Virus record (IMG/VR): IMGVR_UViG_3300005533_000002
Location: 13,117 to 77,116 of that record
Reading direction: 5' to 3' (one strand)
Length of the DNA: 64,000 bases
From: a virus
In this document: in pieces, positions 9,807 to 18,301 of the stretch
How the letters are laid out: every line of letters starts with the position of its first letter
Position numbering within the stretch: the stretch's first letter is position 1
Position numbers and translations under genes: made by a program
Notes under the pieces: generated by a model
The model's database searches: none
What the model saw: the letters and a program-made list of their open reading frames with translations, nothing else
What the model was told of the DNA's origin: nothing

Positions 9807-10340
9807 TCAGTCCGGCGTCACAAATGCCTGGAACGTCCAGTTGCCGGTAGACGTGCCGTAGCTGGTCGAGTATTTGATTCGCAGCATGTCGCCGATGGGG
9901 CCTTGGACAATCGTGTTCGCGCCAAGAGCGCCGTCGCTCGGCGTAGGAACCGAAGTCGAGCCGGCCGTGATGACGCTGACGGGGATGTACCAGGTGCCGG
10001 TTGCGGATACCTGAAGGTGGGAGAAATCTTGCCACGTCATGCCGCCGTCAACGGAATACTGATAGTACACGTCAAGAAGTTGGCCGCTGCCGCCGGTGGG
10101 GGCCGCCGTTACCTTCACGAAGCCAAGAAGACGCTGGAAAGCCTTGATGGCCTTGCCGAGCGGCACGGGAGCGATTCCGGTCTGGGCAACGCTCGAAGTG
10201 ATGGGAGGAACCAGTTCGATGGCACCCGAATTCGGTACGGTGCGAATCTGAGCCTGAGCCCGGTCGTACGAGATTGCTCCGCCAATCGCCAACGCCATTA
10301 CTAACAGCCCGCACAGGGCAACACGCGACTTCTGCATCAT
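9807..10340 (-). CDS. Secreted beta-sandwich protein with Asp-box, paralog 2
   Basis: ATG 10340 after GGAGG; signal peptide; YYQYSVDGGMTWQDF; colinear with 9236-9793. Confidence 0.75.
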   Translation of the reverse strand: MMQKSRVALCGLLVMALAIGGAISYDRAQAQIRTVPNSGAIELVPPITSSVAQTGIAPVPLGKAIKAFQRLLGFVKVTAAPTGGSGQLLDVYYQYSVDGGMTWQDFSHLQVSATGTWYIPVSVITAGSTSVPTPSDGALGANTIVQGPIGDMLRIKYSTSYGTSTGNWTFQAFVTPD

Positions 10341-10411
10341 CAGACCTCCAAAAAGGAAAATGGGAACATCGTGTTCCTTGAAAACACAAAACGAGCAATC
10401 GCTACGCTGAT

Positions 10412-10660
10412 TCATTTTTTGCCGCCGCGTATGGCCAGCCAGGTGCCAAGGGCGTACCCGGCGGCCGACGGCAGAAGCGTCGAATGACTGCTAAGAAACA
10501 GCAGGAACGACAGCGATCCAACAATCGGGCACAAGCCAGAGTAAATGCAAGCCGGCAGCACAGCGCGACGAGAAACGCAAATAACCCAACGTGCATGGAC
10601 CACGTCACTCGCGATGGCAAAGGCAAAGGCTGCGGCCCAGAGGGCGATTTGCTGGAGCAT
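10412..10660 (-). CDS. Small multi-pass membrane protein
   Basis: About 3 hydrophobic segments ending GYALGTWLAI. Confidence 0.6.
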   Translation of the reverse strand: MLQQIALWAAAFAFAIASDVVHARWVICVSRRAVLPACIYSGLCPIVGSLSFLLFLSSHSTLLPSAAGYALGTWLAIRGGKK

Positions 10661-10830
10661 CCTTCAGTCCTCATAAATTCGCCCTGAGCAACTCAAAACA
10701 TTGAGCGACTGAAGGAGTCGCGTCCAGTGGTATTATTGTAGAGGCGTCAGTTTTGAGTGTCAAGGGCCAGCGTGTTCGCCGACATTCCGTGTGCTATAAT
10801 TCAAGAGGTCACACACAAAGGAGCACAATC

Positions 10831-11127
10831 ATGGGTCCTGGACCGGGCTTGGCAGTGGCGCTGGCAGCGATGCATCAACCTTCATACGCCGAATCCGTCA
10901 AAGCGCATCTCGCGACTATTCCGCCTGGAAAATTCGCCTTGGTGGGCTGTCTGACTACTGGATCGCGCATGTCCTACAACCCGGCCAATCACACGCACGT
11001 CTTTGAAACAGAGGCTGCGGCTCATGCCTGGTGGAAAGAGCGGTACGCTCACCCGAAGGGCTATCGCGTCTACCATCGCGACGCAAACGGCACAATAACT
11101 CAAGTGTTCGGCGAGCCACTCGACTAA
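10831..11127 (+). CDS. Moron-like hypothetical protein
   Basis: Extended -10 TGCTATAAT at 10792-10800 and AAGGAG RBS; opposite to flanks. Confidence 0.65.
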   Translation: MGPGPGLAVALAAMHQPSYAESVKAHLATIPPGKFALVGCLTTGSRMSYNPANHTHVFETEAAAHAWWKERYAHPKGYRVYHRDANGTITQVFGEPLD

Positions 11128-12653
11128 CGCGGTGTCCACACGTCCAGCACAACGGGCACACCAGCTTTTGCAGCAAGTCCGGGAACTGCTAGAGCAAGGC
11201 GAAGCTGCGGATTGTCTCGAACTGTCTGAAACGTCAGATACTCGTACACGTATCCAAGCTGAGATATCTGGATTGGGGTAATGGTTTCCGTGCCGTGAAA
11301 TGGCAGCCACCCTTGCTGTGAAATGTATCCGCTATCCGATGGCGTCGGCTTGAGCGTGGAAGCGTCGGCCGCGATTGCCGCGTTCAGCAGCGATCCAGTC
11401 GAGGCTGAGCCCGGAAGCTGCGGCGGGAAGAGCACGATGAGCGGACGTACAATCCCATCCGTGCAAGTAACCGTCTGGGCCAATTGCGACTGCGTTGGCG
11501 GTACGGTGGAAACAGAGCAATCATCCGTGCTTCTGGCCCCCAGGCTGAAAATCAGATACCGCAATGGCCCAGTAGGACTATCGAACGTCGTCGGAAGGCT
11601 CGTCGGCGCAAAGTTTTGATCCAGCCAACATCCGGTGAAAAGTCCGTAAATGTTCAGGGCTGGGGGCAACTCTGAAGAGGCCGTAGGGGTATCGATAAAC
11701 CACTGGGGCGTGGCCGTCGCATGCGTCTGGCTCGGCGGAGGAGCGCCAAGAGGGTGAGGCGTATCGTAAAATGGGTCAAGGGGGTCGCCGGCGTTATCCA
11801 TCGACCAGTACAGGCCAAGAGAATCGGCCACCGTTGTTACGGCAGCGTCCCCATTCGTCTCAACCAGGTTTTGTCTGCTGGTGCTGCCAATGACTTGAAT
11901 CCAATGAGATGTATCGTATCCGGGGTCATTTCCCTTGGGCGTGTAATGCGCCCCAAAGCGCAACCCGCCATAAGACGGCGCGATCGGAAAATTCCTGAGT
12001 GTATTCCGTGGCATTGCAATTCCGCCGCCATTGGGATCGAGGTAGGGACCGCGCTTGCCAAGTCGTAGAGCATTCGAAATTGCTGGCAGAGGCGATCCGC
12101 CCACCTGAACAGTCGGACTGGCATCCATGCTGCTCAACAGACTTGCCGGCTCAGAAAATGCGTAGTTATTGATTTGGTCAGTGTACACCTGGTAGAAGTC
12201 AACAATCATGTTGCCGACTATTGGCTTGATGTTTTGGCCGCTGCTTGGCGGTTTGACTCCCGGAACCAGGCCAAGAGCCGCAGCGAAACCGGCGGCTATA
12301 GGGACCGCCGTATTGAATCCAGCCGTCTGGCCAGATGGTGGGCCGAGATTGGCAATCATCGGCGCCAGCAGTCGTTGCACATAGATCCCACCGTCATCAA
12401 GTTGGAAACTCTTCGAAAATTGATCTGGCTGCTTCGAGAAGAAATTTGACAGGGCATCGGAAATGGGGCCGCTCAGTTTGTACTGCGAACCCTTTTGTCC
12501 ACTTCCGCCTGCGTTGATAATGCCGTTGTGCGTGACATCGGTTGTGCATTGCCACTGGATTGTTTGCGTGGCATCGCCAACGACTACCGGCGTCAACGTT
12601 ATCGGCGAGATGCCATCGACGGGACAAATAAGACCGGGCTTAGTGATGGACAT
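11124..12653 (-). CDS. Large Pro/Gly-rich hypothetical protein with N-terminal CPxD...WQC module
   Basis: ATG 12653; N-terminus aligns with upstream 79-aa gene. Confidence 0.7.
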   Translation of the reverse strand: MSITKPGLICPVDGISPITLTPVVVGDATQTIQWQCTTDVTHNGIINAGGSGQKGSQYKLSGPISDALSNFFSKQPDQFSKSFQLDDGGIYVQRLLAPMIANLGPPSGQTAGFNTAVPIAAGFAAALGLVPGVKPPSSGQNIKPIVGNMIVDFYQVYTDQINNYAFSEPASLLSSMDASPTVQVGGSPLPAISNALRLGKRGPYLDPNGGGIAMPRNTLRNFPIAPSYGGLRFGAHYTPKGNDPGYDTSHWIQVIGSTSRQNLVETNGDAAVTTVADSLGLYWSMDNAGDPLDPFYDTPHPLGAPPPSQTHATATPQWFIDTPTASSELPPALNIYGLFTGCWLDQNFAPTSLPTTFDSPTGPLRYLIFSLGARSTDDCSVSTVPPTQSQLAQTVTCTDGIVRPLIVLFPPQLPGSASTGSLLNAAIAADASTLKPTPSDSGYISQQGWLPFHGTETITPIQISQLGYVYEYLTFQTVRDNPQLRLALAVPGLAAKAGVPVVLDVWTPR

Positions 12654-12669
12654 TGGGCGATCTCTTTCA

Positions 12670-12909
12670 TTATCCGAAATGCCGAGCGGGTGGGGCGGTA
12701 TTGGGCAACACCGAGGCTGCGTTGCTGGCAACGCCAACCGGTATGGCTGGAGCATCAAGCGGCAGGTTGCCGTTGTGAGTCGGGTCGTTAACACACTGCC
12801 AATCAACCTGTTGCACGTCGATGGCTCCGGGAATCGACGTAACGAACAAGCAGATGGGATACAAACGATCAATCGGACACACAAGATCAGGAATGGTTGG
12901 TGTGATCAT
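12670..12909 (-). CDS. Small protein made of the CPxD...WQCxxDxTHNG module
   Basis: ATGA overlap with terL stop; paralogy with next gene. Confidence 0.65.
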   Translation of the reverse strand: MITPTIPDLVCPIDRLYPICLFVTSIPGAIDVQQVDWQCVNDPTHNGNLPLDAPAIPVGVASNAASVLPNTAPPARHFG

Positions 12910-14429
12910 ACCTGAAAATCCCTCATGCGGCCCTTCGGCTCGATGCCGGGCTGCTGAAAATTCGTCACCGCCGGATCGCGTTCGCCGCTGATGGCAGCCG
13001 CGCCAGCCCGCGTCATGGCTAACATATTAAATGCGCCAGATGAAGAGTCTACGATATCATCATGAGTTCCGTTCGGGAACGAACACAACTCATCCAGGAA
13101 CGCCTTGTTCCAATCGGCCGTCAGAAGCTTAACGTTGCCAGCCTTGGCTTGGCCGCTGAGAGGGTCGGCGCGCTGAATCTTGTTGTGCCGCCCCAGCGAA
13201 GTGGTGCTCATCGTGCCGGCGGGATCGGCGAATACCGGATAGCCGGCCAGAACGTTCACAATGAGGTTGCGAACGGCGATTTTGGCGCCGGCGCCTGGCT
13301 CTTGTTCGATCCAGGTTCGCACTGGCGAGCCCACCACAGATACAGGAAGTCGGGCATCCTCAGCCGCCACACGCTGAATGGTAGATTCGACTTGGCCCGG
13401 ATCGCCCCGGAATCGACAAACATCAAGTACCCAGTACATGCCATTCTTGTCCACTCCCATGAGTACGCCAACCGTGTAATCGGGGTCGCGTGAAGTCAAT
13501 GCCGACGTGGCCGCCAGGTCCCAATAACGCACCGCACGAACGCACGGCGGCGCCGTCAGTGAAACGGTGAACCAATTGCGTTGAAAGATGCCGCCGCCCT
13601 CTGGGGCTGGCCGCTGCTGATAGAGGGCGTTCCAGTGGCGCGGCCCCTCGACAATTTCGATTTCGCGAAGCTTGTCGATGGGGTAACGCTCGGGCCAAAG
13701 GGCTTCGCCACGCTGCCGGCCCATGCCGTAGGGAAATGGTGGCTCGTCTTGTTCGGCGATGGCCGGCAGATTGAGAACTGTCCACTTCTGGCCACCGCCC
13801 TCGGCATCGCGAAGCAACCGGCCCACGAGGTCATCTTCGTGCCAGCGAGTCATGATTATGCAGAACACGCAGCCCGGCTCCTGGCGTGTGTATACCGTAC
13901 CGCGAAACCAGTTGTCCGTCTTCTCGCGGTAGACGGGCGAGTCGGCCTCTTCGTCGTTTTTCACGGGGTCGTCGATGACGATTATGTGTGCGCCCTTGCC
14001 AGTAATCTGGCCCCCAACTCCAGACGTGAACATGTTGCCGCCGCCGGCCAGGGAGAAGTTGTAGCCGCGCCTTGCTTTAAACGTGAGCTGCGATGCCGGC
14101 CCAAAGAGATGGCCATGCTCTTTGAGGACGGCCTTGGCTTGCTCGGCCCAGCTGGCGGCGAAGTCGGCGCCGTAGCTCGTGACAAGAACGTTGTGCTCTG
14201 GAAAGGTGCCGAGATACCAAGCAGCGAAGTATTTCGAGATAATGGTACTCTTTCCGTGACGGGGCGGGACGGTGACCACGAGATGCGTTACACTTCGTCC
14301 GGCAAGGTCGAGCAGATACCGGTTGAGAAGCATAAGATGCCGGGCCGGTCGCCACGCGCCCCGCGAAGCGAACGCAGCCAGCTTCGCGGGGCTGGATAGA
14401 TGCACGAACCAGGGATCAACCTGGCTCAC
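12906..14429 (-). CDS. terL: Terminase large subunit
   Basis: Walker A PPRHGKS, Walker B IIVIDD, MTRWHEDDL, nuclease WDLA...DYT...HDDIVD. Confidence 0.95.
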   Translation of the reverse strand: MSQVDPWFVHLSSPAKLAAFASRGAWRPARHLMLLNRYLLDLAGRSVTHLVVTVPPRHGKSTIISKYFAAWYLGTFPEHNVLVTSYGADFAASWAEQAKAVLKEHGHLFGPASQLTFKARRGYNFSLAGGGNMFTSGVGGQITGKGAHIIVIDDPVKNDEEADSPVYREKTDNWFRGTVYTRQEPGCVFCIIMTRWHEDDLVGRLLRDAEGGGQKWTVLNLPAIAEQDEPPFPYGMGRQRGEALWPERYPIDKLREIEIVEGPRHWNALYQQRPAPEGGGIFQRNWFTVSLTAPPCVRAVRYWDLAATSALTSRDPDYTVGVLMGVDKNGMYWVLDVCRFRGDPGQVESTIQRVAAEDARLPVSVVGSPVRTWIEQEPGAGAKIAVRNLIVNVLAGYPVFADPAGTMSTTSLGRHNKIQRADPLSGQAKAGNVKLLTADWNKAFLDELCSFPNGTHDDIVDSSSGAFNMLAMTRAGAAAISGERDPAVTNFQQPGIEPKGRMRDFQV

Positions 14430-14791
14430 GACAATCCCTCCCCTTCGCTCGCCTCGACGATGACCTTGACGCAGGCGACCCGAACTTTTGTGGCCGCTTC
14501 TGTGTCGGCATCTTCGCGAGTATCGTGGAAGAATGCTTCCGTCGGGCCGCTATTTGGATAATGGTAAACATTGGCCCACTGCTCAACTCGAAAACGACGC
14601 CGCTCATTGGCGATTGACACTGGCCCGCGCAACGGATTGCCCTCCATATCCCACTGGTCGGAAATCCATTGCTCGTGCATCTTGCTCCAAAATGCGCCGT
14701 GAATCGGATGCGTGCCGCCGCCGCTCAGGTTGTAGACCATGAACTCAGTGGCGATGCTGGCCAGCAACGGCCTCTGAAGATCCAAAGTCAT
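14426..14791 (-). CDS. Phage protein with C-terminal WxNVY...RVAC domain
   Basis: Paralog of 27693-28043. Confidence 0.6.
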   Translation of the reverse strand: MTLDLQRPLLASIATEFMVYNLSGGGTHPIHGAFWSKMHEQWISDQWDMEGNPLRGPVSIANERRRFRVEQWANVYHYPNSGPTEAFFHDTREDADTEAATKVRVACVKVIVEASEGEGLS

Positions 14792-14792
14792 G

Positions 14793-15110
14793 TCAGTACC
14801 CCTCCCGTGTGGCTTCAATGTTCTTGGATTGATACAACTCGTCGCCAGAACTCTTGTGCTTACGAACCGATCGCTTTACTGCTACCGACTGCGCTGTTAC
14901 GTGAAGTTTAATCGCGGTGGGCTTTTCGCGGCCACAAGAGTAGGCGCCGCGTGCCAAGGATGCCGGACGCTCGCCAGGCACCAAACAATAGTGCCACCCG
15001 CAATAGTGATAGTCATGTCCGTTGACGCATCGGCTTGGCAGATACGGCAATCCAGAAGGTACGTATTCAAGCGAAGGCGCCGCGCCGCATGTCGGACACT
15101 TGGTTGTCAT
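14793..15110 (-). CDS. Cys/His-rich hypothetical protein
   Basis: CPTCG, CVNGH, YCGWH motifs. Confidence 0.45.
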   Translation of the reverse strand: MTTKCPTCGAAPSLEYVPSGLPYLPSRCVNGHDYHYCGWHYCLVPGERPASLARGAYSCGREKPTAIKLHVTAQSVAVKRSVRKHKSSGDELYQSKNIEATREGY

Positions 15111-15227
15111 GGAATGGCCAGCAAGAAAGCATGGTAAACAATCCAAGCGAACAACATCGCCGCCAACGCCATGCCAATTCCCTGGACGAACAATTCTATG
15201 AACCGATCGCCGCTGTGCTGCTCTCGT

Positions 15228-15473
15228 TCACGAAGGCTCATTTTCCCAATCCTCTGCAGTGTGGCCGCCGCACTTGGGACAGCGATCGGGTTGCATGTTG
15301 GCATGGATACTCTCCAGCGCCATGCCAGCATCAGAGAGATCGCCCATGACGCAATTCAAGGCATCGTGCTCAAGATCCTCATTTATTCCCTGAAGAATTC
15401 TGTGCAGATCGTCCATCCGGATCTGCATGTGATTCAAGTGGTCGAATACCATCGCCAGATTCGGCTTGTTCAT
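15228..15473 (-). CDS. Hypothetical protein with C-terminal CPKCG
   Basis: GAGGGGAG RBS, ATG. Confidence 0.45.
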   Translation of the reverse strand: MNKPNLAMVFDHLNHMQIRMDDLHRILQGINEDLEHDALNCVMGDLSDAGMALESIHANMQPDRCPKCGGHTAEDWENEPS

Positions 15474-15957
15474 TGCTCCCCTCGTTGTGCGCTTCTTCTA
15501 GCTCGGCCAGCTCACACGAGGCCAGCCGAGCGTCAGGATTGCCAAGCATCCGCTGAATCAGGGCCGACACCGTTGGCGAAGTCGCCTCAACGCCAGTCGT
15601 CAAGACAATGGCACTTTCCGGCGCGTCGAGCCCGAGCAGCCGAGCCCGACGCGCCTGGATTTTGAGGACGATATCGGCTGCTTTTTCATCCCCAGCTCTT
15701 GCCAGCGGATACCATGTCTCAAGCAGGCCATCAAGCCTATCCAATTCAAGCGGCCTTAACTTTTCTGCCGGCTCTCGAATAGTCTCATCCATTGCCGACA
15801 TAACTGCCTTATAAGAGCCGGCCGTGCCGCTATAACCAAGCTCATCGGCAATCTTTTGATAGCTAGCCCCAGCAAGGCGCATTTCCATAGCACGGCGTTG
15901 CTTTAGCCTTGCCTCAACGCGCCTTTTACTCGCTTTGCTCTCGCCTTGGCCTGCCAT
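15379..15957 (-). CDS. Terminase small subunit-like HTH protein
   Basis: RLAGASYQKIADELGY HTH, ELDRLD...RRARLLGLDAP; upstream of terL. Confidence 0.75.
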   Translation of the reverse strand: MAGQGESKASKRRVEARLKQRRAMEMRLAGASYQKIADELGYSGTAGSYKAVMSAMDETIREPAEKLRPLELDRLDGLLETWYPLARAGDEKAADIVLKIQARRARLLGLDAPESAIVLTTGVEATSPTVSALIQRMLGNPDARLASCELAELEEAHNEGSNEQAESGDGIRPLESHADPDGRSAQNSSGNK

Positions 15958-16075
15958 ATCGGCATCCTACCATACCTCTACCATCCCGGAAAGGCAAGTT
16001 TGAGCCACGCGAGGGTTGCCAGGGCTGTGAGTGCGAAGACGGCCATCACGCCGCACCAAGCGTAGAGGACGGTTC

Positions 16076-16588
16076 TCATGGTGTCACCTTAACGGAAAAA
16101 ATTCTGGCGTTCGCTTGTCCGCCGATCTGGCCTGGCTGCGAGCCGGTATCGAGTACAAGGAATTGCACGGATACCTTTTCGCCAGCATGCACAAGCCGTC
16201 CCGTGCCCGCCGGGAAGAACTCGGCAGTAGCGGCGCAGTCGTACATCGTAACAGGGTTTTCCTTGTGCGGACCACGCAGAAAGAGCTGCGTGCCGTTGTG
16301 AATAAGAATGAAGTGTGATTCCAGCACAGATCCCTTGCCGTAGCCGATCCAAGGCGACCAACCGATAAGGTAGCGGTCCTCTGGCCAAGTGAGATCGGCG
16401 TTTTCTGTCTGGATTTGTCCCAGCGCCGGTTTGAGTACATCGGTGCCGAGAATATCGACCTCGACGGACTGCATCGACTGCACGGGCGCCACTGCGGTTG
16501 TCCGCGTCTTGGGATGCGTTGGCGCCCCATCCAGAACCGGGCCGAGCGAGGCCCCGAGCAGGAAGAGAGACAGATAGACAAATTTCAT
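16076..16588 (-). CDS. Secreted hypothetical protein
   Basis: Signal peptide MKFVYLSLFLLGA; AGGAG RBS. Confidence 0.6.
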   Translation of the reverse strand: MKFVYLSLFLLGASLGPVLDGAPTHPKTRTTAVAPVQSMQSVEVDILGTDVLKPALGQIQTENADLTWPEDRYLIGWSPWIGYGKGSVLESHFILIHNGTQLFLRGPHKENPVTMYDCAATAEFFPAGTGRLVHAGEKVSVQFLVLDTGSQPGQIGGQANARIFSVKVTP

Positions 16589-16599
16589 GGTTGAGTCTC

Positions 16600-17145
16600 C
16601 TACGCTTTCAGATTACCGTGCCGGTATGGGCGAAGCTGGTTGAATGCGTTTTTGGCGGCGATGGCGCCAGCCAAGTCGATGTGAAGATATTCTGCCAAGT
16701 CCATGATGCGAATCACGGCATCGGCCAGCTCGATGGCGAAGCCATCCGGTTTGGGCATCCCCGTTTTGCGATCTACCTTAGGCACCCACTCGCCTTTGCG
16801 GTTGCGAAAACCAGCCGCAAAGACTTCGTACAGCTCATGTCCTTCGTTGCCTGTCCGGAAGAACTCGACGGCTTCGCTGATCTCGGAATGGACCAGTATA
16901 AGCATTTCCAGGATGTTGCGCGATACTTTTCCTGTGCCGGCACATTCGCCGCACTGGAAGCCAAATTCCGGGCTGCCGCTCCAACCGGAGCCCTCGCAGA
17001 CCTGGCAATCGTGCCAACCTTTTTCTTTGGAAAGGGCGTGAACCCGCTTCTGCCATTCGCGAATTGAATCGTCTGGAACGATGTCGCCACCAGCGCCAGG
17101 GTTGAGAGTGACGCTCTGATAGCCGCCAATGTCATTCGCGCTCAT
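16600..17145 (-). CDS. MazG-like NTP pyrophosphohydrolase with inserted Zn finger
   Basis: LVHSEISEAVE...ELADAVIRIMDL...K..FN..RPYRHG; CQVCEGSG/CGECAGTG insert. Confidence 0.85.
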   Translation of the reverse strand: MSANDIGGYQSVTLNPGAGGDIVPDDSIREWQKRVHALSKEKGWHDCQVCEGSGWSGSPEFGFQCGECAGTGKVSRNILEMLILVHSEISEAVEFFRTGNEGHELYEVFAAGFRNRKGEWVPKVDRKTGMPKPDGFAIELADAVIRIMDLAEYLHIDLAGAIAAKNAFNQLRPYRHGNLKA

Positions 17146-17681
17146 AATTCGCCCCCTTGTTGTGCAGCGAGAAGACTGAGAAAAGAACGCACGCACTGAG
17201 CCGCATTCATGCCCCGCAGCATGTTCCACGGCCTTGGAACCAAGATTGCTTGGCCACCGCTGCGCAAGAACTCGATAACGTTCTTGTCGCTATCGTCAAT
17301 CAGCACCCGGCCCGGACCAGAGCAGAAATGCTTCGCTGGACCCATGAGATAGCGCCGACCGTAGTTCGGCATGTGGATGTTGATCCAAGCAAGCTTCCCC
17401 TCAAGGCACCCCCTGGTGAGACAGGGCGAGGTAAGTAAACAGACGTTTTCCGAGCCGAAGCAATCTTCGACAAGGCTGAGAATTTGCCGTCCGTCTGGTG
17501 TCTAGTCGAGCCCGGCCCAAAATTCTTCGTCACATTCATCCCAGAATTCCGCCGGACTTACCGGTAGATTCCGGTCAAAATCCCACGTTTCCACCGTGAT
17601 GCCGAAGCGCTTCTCGACGGCTTCCGTAAACCCCACCAAGACGCCATCCATGTCGAGAAGGCATTGCATTTTCTTGTTCAT
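17142..17681 (-). pseudogene. HAD-family 5'(3')-deoxyribonucleotidase interrupted by in-frame TAG at 17502-17504
   Basis: Manual translation: LLDMDGVL...FWAGLD*TPDG...LLTSP...GKLAWI...LIDD; ATGA overlaps at both ends. Confidence 0.8.
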
Positions 17682-18244
17682 TCCATGTCCCCCTTTGCCA
17701 CCGTGAATTTGATCCGCTTCCGAGCGAAGCGGTGCTTTGACCCTCCTAGCCCATCTGCTTCTCGGGGGCTTCTGTACAGGTAGGCCGAGCCATCCTCATG
17801 AACGTTGATCCAAGCCTCAATCGTAAGTTTTTTGAGCTTGGAAGCCAGATCGGTTTTAGGCTTGGACTTCAGCTCTCGGAAAAGTTGCAGAGAAATCATC
17901 GTGTAGGTCGCCAGATCAAGCAGTGAATCCTCTAAAGATTCGTTTTCAAGACGGCCGTTCTTGATGACACTTTTGATGCGCGTCACCTTGTCGTTGGCCC
18001 GGATCATGGCGCCGACCCACGCCGGCGTGGCGAACTCTTCACTGGCTCGGATATTGGCCAATGGATTCTCGTCCGTACCGTAGTCCTTGGACTTCTTGGC
18101 GTGAATCGCAATGATCTCGTTGGCTATTTCCATGAATCCATTGCGATCCGAAGAGAAAACGGTAACGGGAACAAGAACCTCTTCTGGGCCCATGCACCCA
18201 TCAACAAGTACCGTTCTTTTGGGAGCGAATTCATCTTGTGCCAT
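17678..18244 (-). CDS. DUF1599/nucleotide-modification-associated domain protein fused to WxNV domain
   Basis: KKSKDYG...N...IRANDKVTRI...ESLEDSLLDLATY. Confidence 0.75.
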   Translation of the reverse strand: MAQDEFAPKRTVLVDGCMGPEEVLVPVTVFSSDRNGFMEIANEIIAIHAKKSKDYGTDENPLANIRASEEFATPAWVGAMIRANDKVTRIKSVIKNGRLENESLEDSLLDLATYTMISLQLFRELKSKPKTDLASKLKKLTIEAWINVHEDGSAYLYRSPREADGLGGSKHRFARKRIKFTVAKGDME

Positions 18245-18301
18245 GTCCCGTCCTTTCTGTTAAGTAGCGGAAAACCCTTGATAAGCAGAAAAAGCCGATA
18301 G

